A DNA stretch of 64,000 bases, from the NCBI GenBank assembly GCA_964057225.1, contig OZ059900.1, forward strand, positions 23,126,001 through 23,190,000, written 5' to 3'. The stretch comes from Auanema rhodensis (lineage: Eukaryota > Animalia > Nematoda). This document shows positions 53,501-64,000 of the stretch, in pieces; positions within the stretch are counted from its first letter, which is position 1, and every line of letters starts with the position of its first letter. The notes under the pieces were generated by a model that searched no databases, was not told the origin of the DNA, and worked only from the letters and a program-made list of their open reading frames with translations. The position numbers and the translations under genes were made by a program.

Positions 53501-56500
53501 TGAACACATGAAATCGTAAGTCAAAACCTTGTTTACAACGAAATTTCCAAAAACTGGTTTTCCAGCATAATAAAATATTTCTCTTGGGAAATACTGTGTT
53601 TTTGTATTTTTCTAGTGTTCAGCATGTAAAATACTTCATTTAAGTATGTAACACGCTGAAATTCGTTGCATTTGACGACTCATATGAACAAAAATCGATT
53701 TAATCAATATTAGCCATAAGGGGCGTGCCCTCAGAATATGCTAATTTCCTAAATTTTCTAACCCCTGTTTTTTTGTCGTGAAAGTGGAACTAGACGTTGT
53801 ACGAACAATTTTGAGCTAGGTTTCATTGACATTGCATGAGTTTGAACACATGAAATCGTATATCAAACCTTGTTTACAGCGAAATTTCCAAAAACTGGTT
53901 TTCCAGCATAATAAAATATTTCTCATGGGAAATACTGTGTTTTTGTATTTTTCTAGTGTTCAGCATGTAAAATGCTTCATTTTAGTATGTAACACGCTGA
54001 AATTCGTTGCATTTGACTACTCATATGAACAAAAATCGATTTAATCAATATTAGCCATAAGGGGCGTGCCCTCAGAATATGCTAATTTCCTTAATTTTCT
54101 AACCCTTGTTTTTTTGTCGTGAAAGTGGAACTAGACAATGTACAAACAATTTTGAGCTAGGTTTCATTGACATTGCATGAGTTTGAACACATGAAATCGT
54201 AAGTCAAAACCTTGTTTACAGCGAAATTTCCGAAAACTGGTTTTCCAGCATAATAAAATATTTCTCATGAGAAATACTGTGTTTTTGTATTTTTCTAGTG
54301 TTCAGCATGTAAAATGCTTCATTTTAGTATGTAACACGCTGAAATTCGTTGCATTTGACGACTCATATGAACAAAAATCGATTTAATCAATATTAGCCAT
54401 AAGGAGCGTGCCCTCAGAATATGCTAATTTCCTTAATTTTCTAACCCCTGTTTTTTGTCGTGAAAGTGGAACTAGACGTTGTAGGAACAATTTTGAGCTA
54501 GGTTTCATTGACATTGCATGAGTTTGAACACATGAAATCGTAAGTCAAAACCTTGTTTACAGCGAAATTTCCAAAAACTGGTTTTCCAGCATAATAAAAT
54601 ATTTCTCTTGGGAAATACTGTGTTTTTGTATTTTTCTAGTGTTCAGCATGTAAAATACTTCATTTAAGTATGTAACACGCTGAAATTCGTTGCATTTGAC
54701 GACTCATATGAACAAAAATCGATTTAATCAATATTAGCCATAAGGGGCGTGCCCTCAGAATATGCTAATTTCCTAAATTTTCTAACCCCTGTTTTTTTGT
54801 CGTGAAAGTGGAACTAGACGTTGTACGAACAATTTTGAGCTAGGTTTCATTGACATTGCATGAGTTTGAACACATGAAATCGTATATCAAACCTTGTTTA
54901 CAGCGAAATTTCCAAAAACTGGTTTTCCAGCATAATAAAATATTTCTCATGGGAAATACTGTGTTTTTGTATTTTTCTAGTGTTCAGCATGTAAAATGCT
55001 TCATTTTAGTATGTAACACGCTGAAATTCGTTGCATTTGACTACTCATATGAACAAAAATCGATTTAATCAATATTAGCCATAAGGGGCGTGCCCTCAGA
55101 ATATGCTAATTTCCTTAATTTTCTAACCCTTGTTTTTTTGTCGTGAAAGTGGAACTAGACGTTGTACAAACAATTTTGAGCTAGGTTTCATTGACATTGC
55201 ATGAGTTTGAACACATGAAATCGTAAGTCAAAACCTTGTTTACAGCGAAATTTCCAAAAACTGGTTTTCCAGCATAATAAAATATTTCTCATGGGAAATA
55301 CTGTAGTTTTGTATTTTTCTAGTGTTCAGCATGTAAAATGCTTCATTTTAGTTTGTAACACGCTGAAATTCGTTGCATTTGACGACTGATATGAACAAAA
55401 ATCGATTTAATCAATATTAGCCATAAGGGGCGTGCCCTCAGAATATGCTAAGTTCCTTAATTTTCTAACCCCTGTTTTTTTGTCGTGAAAGTGGAACTAG
55501 ACGTTGTACAAACAATTTTGAGCTAGGTTTCATTGACATTGCATGAGTTTGAACACATGAAATCGTAAGTCAAAACCTTGTTTACAGCGAAATTTCCAAA
55601 AACTGGTTTTCCAGCATAATAAAATATTTCTCATGAGAAATACTGTGTTTTTGTATTTTTCTAGTGTTCAGCATGTAAAATGCTTCATTTTAGTATGTAA
55701 CACGCTGAAATTCGTTGCATTTGACGACTCATATGAACAAAAATCGATTTAATCAATATTAGCCATAAGGGGCGTTCCCTCAGAATATGCTAATTTCCTT
55801 AATTTTCTAACACCCTGTTTTTTTGTCGTGAAAGAGGAACTAGACGTTGTACAAACAATTTTGAGCTAGGTTTCATTGACATTGCATGAGTTTGAACACA
55901 TGAAATCGTAAGTCAAAACCTTGTTTACAGCGAAATTTCCAAAAACTGGTTTTCCAGCATAATAAAATATTTCTCATGAGAAATACTGTGGTTTTGTATT
56001 TTTCTAGTGTTCAGCATGTAAAATGCTTCATTTTAGTATGTAACACGCTGAAATTCGTGGCATTTGACGACTCATATGAACAAAAATCGATTTAATCAAT
56101 ATTAGCCATAAGGAGCGTGCCCTCAGAATATGCTAATTTCCTTAATTTTCTAACCCCTGTTTTTTTGTCGTGAAAGTGGAACTAGACGTTGTACAAACAA
56201 TTTTGAGCTAGGTTTCATTGACATTGCATGAGTTTGAACACATGAAATCGTAAGTCAAAACCTTGTTTACAGCGAAATTTCCAAAAACTGGTTTTCCAGC
56301 ATAATAAAATATTTCTCATGGAAAAAACTGTGTTTTTGTATTTTTCTAGTGTTCAGCATGTAAAATGCTTCATTTTAGTATGTAACACGCTGAAATTCGT
56401 TGCATTTGACTACTCATATGAACAAAAATCGATTTAATCAATATTAGCCATAAGGGGCGTGCCCTCAGAATATGCTAATTTCCTTAATTTTCTAACCCCT

Positions 56501-59500
56501 GTTTTTTTGTCGTGAAAGTGGAACTAGACGTTGTACAAACAATTTTGAGCTAGGTTTCATTGACATTGCATGAGTTTGAACACATGAAATCGTAAGTCAA
56601 AACCTTGTTTACAGCGAAATTTCCAAAAACTGGTTTTCCAGCATAATAAAATATTTCTCATGAGAAATACTGTGTTTTTGTATTTTTCTAGTGTTCAGCA
56701 TGTAAAATGCTTCATTTTAGTATGTAACACGCTGAAATTCGTTGCATTTGACGACTCATATGAACAAAAATCGATTTAATCAATATTAGCCATAAGGGGC
56801 GTGCCCTCAGAATATGCTAATTTCCTTAATTTTCTAACCCTTGTATTTTTGTCGTGAAAGTGGAACTAGACGTTGTACAAACAATTTTGAGCTAGGTTTC
56901 ATTGACATTGCATGAGTTTGAACACATGAAATCGTAAGTCAAAACCTTGTTTACAGCGAAATTTCCAAAAACTGGTTTTCCAGCATAATAAAATATTTCT
57001 CATGGGAAAAACTGTGTTTTTGTATTTTTCTAGTGTTCAGCATGTAAAATGCTTCATTTTAGTATGTAACACGCTGAAATTCGTTGCATTTGACTACTCA
57101 TATGAACAAAAATCGATTTAATCAATATTAGCCATAAGGGGCGTGCCCTCAGAATATGCTAATTTCCTTAATTTTCTAACCCCTGTTTTTTGTCGTGAAA
57201 GTGGAACTAGACGTTGTAGGAACAATTTTGAGCTAGGTTTCATTGACATTGCATGAGTTTGAACACATGAAATCGTAAGTCAAAACCTTGTTTACAGCGA
57301 AATTTCCAAAAACTGGTTTTCCAGCATAATAAAATATTTCTCTTGGGAAATACTGTGTTTTTGTATTTTTCTAGTGTTCAGCATGTAAAATACTTCATTT
57401 AAGTATGTAACACGCTGAAATTCGTTGCATTTGACGACTCATATGAACAAAAATCGATTTAATCAATATTAGCCATAAGGGGCGTGCCCTCAGAATATGC
57501 TAATTTCCTAAATTTTCTAACCCCTGTTTTTTTGTCGTGAAAGTGGAACTAGACGTTGTACGAACAATTTTGAGCTAGGTTTCATTGACATTGCATGAGT
57601 TTGAACACATGAAATCGTATATCAAACCTTGTTTACAGCGAAATTTCCAAAAACTGGTTTTCCAGCATAATAAAATATTTCTCATGGGAAATACTGTGTT
57701 TTTGTATTTTTCTAGTGTTCAGCATGTAAAATGCTTCATTTTAGTATGTAACACGCTGAAATTCGTTGCATTTGACTACTCATATGAACAAAAATCGATT
57801 TAATCAATATTAGCCATAAGGGGCGTGCCCTCAGAATATGCTAATTTCCTTAATTTTCTAACCCTTGTTTTTTTGTCGTGAAAGTGGAACTAGACGTTGT
57901 ACAAACAATTTTGAGCTAGGTTTCATTGACATTGCATGAGTTTGAACACATGAAATCGTAAGTCAAAACCTTGTTTACAGCGAAATTTCCAAAAACTGGT
58001 TTTCCAGCATAATAAAATATTTCTCATGGGAAATACTGTAGTTTTGTATTTTTCTAGTGTTCAGCATGTAAAATGCTTCATTTTAGTTTGTAACACGCTG
58101 AAATTCGTTGCATTTGACGACTGATATGAACAAAAATCGATTTAATCAATATTAGCCATAAGGGGCGTGCCCTCAGAATATGCTAATTTCCTTAATTTTC
58201 TAAACCCTGTTTTTTTGTCGTGAAAGTGGAACTAGACGTTGTACAAACAATTTTGAGCTAGGTTTCATTGACATTGCATGAGTTTGAACACATGAAATCG
58301 TAAGTCAAAACCTTGTTTACAGCGAAATTTCCAAAAACTGGTTTTCCAGCATAATAAAATATTTCTCATGAGAAATACTGTGTTTTTGTATTTTTCTAGT
58401 GTTCAGCATGTAAAATGCTTCATTTTAGTATGTAACACGCTGAAATTCGTTGCATTTGACGACTCATATGAACAAAAATCGATTTAATCAATATTAGCCA
58501 TAAGGGGCGTTCCCTCAGAATATGCTAATTTCCTTAATTTTCTAACACCCTGTTTTTTTGTCGTGAAAGAGGAACTAGACGTTGTACAAACAATTTTGAG
58601 CTAGGTTTCATTGACATTGCATGAGTTTGAACACATGAAATCGTAAGTCAAAACCTTGTTTACAGCGAAATTTCCAAAAACTGGTTTTCCAGCATAATAA
58701 AATATTTCTCATGAGAAATACTGTGGTTTTGTATTTTTCTAGTGTTCAGCATGTAAAATGCTTCATTTTAGTATGTAACACGCTGAAATTCGTGGCATTT
58801 GACGATTCATATGAACAAAAATCGATTTAATCAATATTAGCCATAAGGAGCGTGCCCTCAGAATATGCTAATTTCCTTAATTTTCTAACCCCTGTTTTTT
58901 TGTCGTGAAAGTGGAACTAGACGTTGTACAAACAATTTTGAGCTAGGTTTCATTGACATTGCATGAGTTTGAACACATGAAATCGTAAGTCAAAACCTTG
59001 TTTACAGCGAAATTTCCAAAAACTGGTTTTCCAGCATAATAAAATATTTCTCATGGAAAAAACTGTGTTTTTGTATTTTTCTAGTGTTCAGCATGTAAAA
59101 TGCTTCATTTTAGTATGTAACACGCTGAAATTCGTTGCATTTGACTACTCATATGAACAAAAATCGATTTAATCAATATTAGCCATAAGGGGCGTGCCCT
59201 CAGAATATGCTAATTTCCTTAATTTTCTAACCCCTGTTTTTTTGTCGTGAAAGTGGAACTAGACGTTGTACAAACAATTTTGAGCTAGGTTTCATTGACA
59301 TTGCATGAGTTTGAACACATGAAATCGTAAGTCAAAACCTTGTTTACAGCGAAATTTCCAAAAACTGGTTTTCCAGCATAATAAAATATTTCTCATGAGA
59401 AATACTGTGTTTTTGTATTTTTCTAGTGTTCAGCATGTAAAATGCTTCATTTTAGTATGTAACACGCTGAAATTCGTTGCATTTGACGACTCATATGAAC

Positions 59501-62500
59501 AAAAATCGATTTAATCAATATTAGCCATAAGGGGCGTGCCCTCAGAATATGCTAATTTCCTTAATTTTCTAACCCTTGTTTTTTTGTCGTGAAAGTGGAA
59601 CTAGACGTTGTACAAACAATTTTGAGCTAGGTTTCATTGACATTGCATGAGTTTGAACACATGAAATCGTAAGTCAAAACCTTGTTTACAGCGAAATTTC
59701 CAAAAACTGGTTTTCCAGCATAATAAAATATTTCTCATGGGAAAAACTGTGTTTTTGTATTTTTCTAGTGTTCAGCATGTAAAATGCTTCATTTTAGTAT
59801 GTAACACGCTGAAATTCGTTGCATTTGACTACTCATATGAACAAAAATCGATTTAATCAATATTAGCCATAAGGGGCGTGCCCTCAGAATATGCTAATTT
59901 CCTTAATTTTCTAACCCCTGTTTTTTTGTCGTGAAAGTGGAACTAGACGTTGTACAAACAATTTTGAGCTAGGTTTCATTGACATTGCATGAGTTTGAAC
60001 ACATGAAATCGTAAGTCAAAACCTTGTTTACAGCGAAATTTCCAAAAACTGGTTTTCCAGCATAATAAAATATTTCTCATGAGAAATACTGTGTTTTTGT
60101 ATTTTTCTAGTGTTCAGCATGTAAAATGCTTCATTTTAGTATGTAAAACGCTGAAATTCGTTGCATTTGACGACTCATATGAACAAAAATCGATTTAATC
60201 AATATTAGCCATAAGGGGCGTGCCCTCAGAATATGCTAATTTCCTTAATTTTCTAACCCCTGTTTTTTTGTCGTGAAAGTGGAACTAGACGTTGTACAAA
60301 CAATTTTGAGCTAGGTTTCATTGACATTGCATGAGTTTGAACACATGAAATCGTAAGTCAAAACCTTGTTACAGCGAAATTTCCAAAAACTGGTTTTCCA
60401 GCATAATAAAATATTTCTCATGAGAAATACTGTGTTTTTGTATTTTTCTAGTGTTCAGCATGTAAAATGCTTCATTTTAGTATGTAACACGCTGAAATTC
60501 GTTGCATTTGACGACTCATATGAACAAAAATCGATTTAATCAATATTAGCCATAAGGGGCGTGCCCTCAGAATATGCTAATTTCCTTAATTTTCTAACCC
60601 CTGTTTTTTTGTCGTGAAAGTGGAACTAGACGTTGTACAAACAATTTTGAGCTAGGTTTCATTGACATTGCATGAGTTTGAACACATGAAATCGTAAGTC
60701 AAAACCTTGTTACAGCGAAATTTCCAAAAACTGGTTTTCCAGCATAATAAAATATTTCTCATGAGAAATACTGTGTTTTTGTATTTTTCTAGTGTTCAGC
60801 ATGTAAAATGCTTCATTTTAGTATGTAACACGCTGAAATTCGTTGCATTTGACGACTCATATGAACAAAAATCGATTTAATCAATATTAGCCATAAGGGG
60901 CGTTCCCTCAGAATATGCTAATTTCCTTAATTTTCTAACACCCTGTTTTTTTGTCGTGAAAGAGGAACTAGACGTTGTACAAACAATTTTGAGCTAGGTT
61001 TCATTGACATTGCATGAGTTTGAACACATGAAATCGTAAGTCAAAACCTTGTTTACAGCGAAATTTCCAAAAACTGGTTTTCCAGCATAATAAAATATTT
61101 CTCATGAGAAATACTGTGGTTTTGTATTTTTCTAGTGTTCAGCATGTAAAATGCTTCATTTTAGTATGTAACACGCTGAAATTCGTGGCATTTGACGACT
61201 CATATGAACAAAAATCGATTTAATCAATATTAGCCATAAGGAGCGTGCCCTCAGAATATGCTAATTTCCTTAATTTTCTAACCCCTGTTTTTTTGTCGTG
61301 AAAGTGGAACTAGACGTTGTACAAACAATTTTGAGCTAGGTTTCATTGACATTGCATGAGTTTGAACACATGAAATCGTAAGTCAAAACCTTGTTTACAG
61401 CGAAATTTCCAAAAACTGGTTTTCCAGCATAATAAAATATTTCTCATGGAAAAAACTGTGTTTTTGTATTTTTCTAGTGTTCAGCATGTAAAATGCTTCA
61501 TTTTAGTATGTAACACGCTGAAATTCGTTGCATTTGACTACTCATATGAACAAAAATCGATTTAATCAATATTAGCCATAAGGGGCGTGCCCTCAGAATA
61601 TGCTAATTTCCTTAATTTTCTAACCCCTGTTTTTTTGTCGTGAAAGTGGAACTAGACGTTGTACAAACAATTTTGAGCTAGGTTTCATTGACATTGCATG
61701 AGTTTGAACACATGAAATCGTAAGTCAAAACCTTGTTTACAGCGAAATTTCCAAAAACTGGTTTTCCAGCATAATAAAATATTTCTCATGAGAAATACTG
61801 TGTTTTTGTATTTTTCTAGTGTTCAGCATGTAAAATGCTTCATTTTAGTATGTAACACGCTGAAATTCGTTGCATTTGACGACTCATATGAACAAAAATC
61901 GATTTAATCAATATTAGCCATAAGGGGCGTGCCCTCAGAATATGCTAATTTCCTTAATTTTCTAACCCTTGTTTTTTTGTCGTGAAAGTGGAACTAGACG
62001 TTGTACAAACAATTTTGAGCTAGGTTTCATTGACATTGCATGAGTTTGAACACATGAAATCGTAAGTCAAAACCTTGTTTGCAGCGAAATTTCCAAAAAC
62101 TGGTTTTCCAGCATAATAAAATATTTCTCATGGGAAAAACTGTGTTTTTGTATTTTTCTAGTGTTCAGCATGTAAAATGCTTCATTTTAGTATGTAACAC
62201 GCTGAAATTCGTTGCATTTGACTACTCATATGAACAAAAATCGATTTAATCAATATTAGCCATAAGGGGCGTGCCCTCAGAATATGCTAATTTCCTTAAT
62301 TTTCTAACCCCTGTTTTTTTGTCGTGAAAGTGGAACTAGACGTTGTACAAACAATTTTGAGATAGGTTTCATTGACATTGCATGAGTTTGAACACATGAA
62401 ATCGTAAGTCAAAACCTTGTTTACAGCGAAATTTCCAAAAACTGGTTTTCCAGCATAATAAAATATTTCTCATGAGAAATACTGTGGTTTTGTATTTTTC

Positions 62501-64000
62501 TAGTGTTCAGCATGTAAAATGCTTCATTTTAGTATGTAACACGCTGAAATTCGTGGCATTTGACGACTCATATGAACAAAAATCGATTTAATCAATATTA
62601 GCCATAAGGAGCGTGCCCTCAGAATATGCTAATTTCCTTAATTTTCTAACCCCTGTTTTTTTGTCGTGAAAGTGGAACTAGACGTTGTACAAACAATTTT
62701 GAGCTAGGTTTCATTGACATTGCATGAGTTTGAACACATGAAATCGTAAGTCAAAACCTTGTTTACAGCGAAATTTCCAAAAACTGGTTTTCCAGCATAA
62801 TAAAATATTTCTCATGGGAAAAACTGTGTTTTTGTATTTTTCTAGTGTTCAGCATGTAAAATGCTTCATTTTAGTATGTAACACGCTGAAATTCGTTGCA
62901 TTTGACGACTCATATGAACAAAAATCGATTTAATCAATATTAGCCATAAGGGGCGTGCCCTCAGAATATGCTAATTTCCTTAATTTTCTAACCCCTGTTT
63001 TTTTGTCGTGAAAGTGGAACTAGACGTTGTACAAACAATTTTGAGCTAGGTTTCATTGACATTGCATGAGTTTGAACACATGAAATCGTAAGTCAAAACC
63101 TTGTTTACAGCGAAATTTCCAAAAACTGGTTTTCCAGCATAATAAAATATTTCTCATGAGAAATACTGTGGTTTTGTATTTTTCTAGTGTTCAGCATGTA
63201 AAATGCTTCATTTTAGTATGTAACACGCTGAAATTCGTTGCATTTGACGACTCATATGAACAAAAATCGATTTAATCAATATTAGCCATAAGGGGCGTGC
63301 CCTCAGAATATGCTAATTTCCTTAATTTTCTAACCCCTGTTTTTTTGTCGTGAAAGTGGAACTAGACGTTGTACAAACAATTTTGAGCTAGGTTTCATTG
63401 ACATTGCATGAGTTTGAACACATGAAATCGTAAGTCAAAACCTTGTTACAGCGAAATTTCCAAAAACTGGTTTTCCAGCATAATAAAATATTTCTCATGA
63501 GAAATACTGTGTTTTTGTATTTTTCTAGTGTTCAGCATGTAAAATGCTTCATTTTAGTATGAAACACGCTGAAATTCGTTGCATTTGACGACTCATATGA
63601 ACAAAAATCGATTTAATCAATATTAGCCATAAGGGGCGTTCCCTCAGAATATGCTAATTTCCTTAATTTTCTAACACCCTGTTTTTTTGTCGTGATAGAG
63701 GAACTAGACGTTGTACAAACAATTTTGAGCTAGGTTTCATTGACATTGCATGAGTTTGAACACATGAAATCGTAAGTCAAAACCTTGTTTACAGCGAAAT
63801 TTCCAAAAACTGGTTTTCCAGCATAATAAAATATTTCTCATGAGAAATACTGTGGTTTTGTATTTTTCTAGTGTTCAGCATGTAAAATGCTTCATTTTAG
63901 TATGTAACACGCTGAAATTCGTGGCATTTGACGACTCATATGAACAAAAATCGATTTAATCAATATTAGCCATAAGGAGCGTGCCCTCAGAATATGCTAA
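53400..64000. repeat. Terminal sub-domain with 3-monomer then 8/7/8-monomer HORs
   Basis: cgtaTAtcaaacc at ~53861, ~54885, ~57620 (gaps 1024, 2735). The linked trio gcgtTccc / ctaacAccc / aaagAgg occurs at ~55776, ~58511, ~60904 and ~63640 (gaps ~2735, 2393, 2736). Confidence 0.87.

Larger units (their letters stand above)
1..64000. repeat. Tandem satellite DNA array, 342-bp monomer, ~187 head-to-tail copies, running off both window ends
   Basis: The motif tcgttgcatttgacgactcatatg recurs at 1, 344, 686, 1028 and onward with period 342 (+/-1 from single-base indels) to the end of the window. No unique sequence or strand switch was seen. The first monomer has 114 G+C in 343 bp (33%) by manual count. 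The ORF track spacing (31712, 32054, 32396) confirms the 342 period. Confidence 0.99.

Noticed and set aside
53826-57803. Three 72-aa ORFs (MTLHEFEHMKSY...)
   Set aside because: They start at TTG and are opened only by the cgtaTAtcaaacc variant (stop loss plus a 1-bp deletion). They are incidental reading frames.
1-64000. CRISPR array or other repeat-spacer system
   Set aside because: There are no unique spacers. The whole 342-bp unit is repeated, and no cas-like genes are present.
1-64000. Primate alpha-satellite dimer (2 x 171 bp)
   Set aside because: Only the length matches. I see no resemblance to the alphoid consensus and no clear 171-bp internal repeat.

Overview
The whole 64 kb window is one uninterrupted head-to-tail tandem array of a ~342-bp AT-rich monomer (about 33% GC, about 187 copies). 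All copies lie in the same orientation, differ from each other at only a few positions, and are 341-343 bp long. This is satellite DNA, probably eukaryotic centromeric or pericentromeric heterochromatin (inference; the species and family cannot be identified from the sequence alone). I see no genes, RNA genes, transposon insertions, inversions or CRISPR spacers. The 25 ORFs in the track are by-products of two satellite variants that remove a stop codon. The real structure is in the variants. There are two large haplotype domains with a boundary near 30 kb, and a patchwork of nested local higher-order repeats (HORs) with periods of 2, 3, 4, 6, 7, 8, 9/11, 12/13 and 20 monomers, including a near-perfect 6,837-bp duplication. 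The monomer is rich in short dyad symmetries, shows a possible ancient two-subunit origin, and has no CpG depletion. I found no evidence of a new protein-coding system. Boundaries were read by eye and are approximate to within about one monomer.
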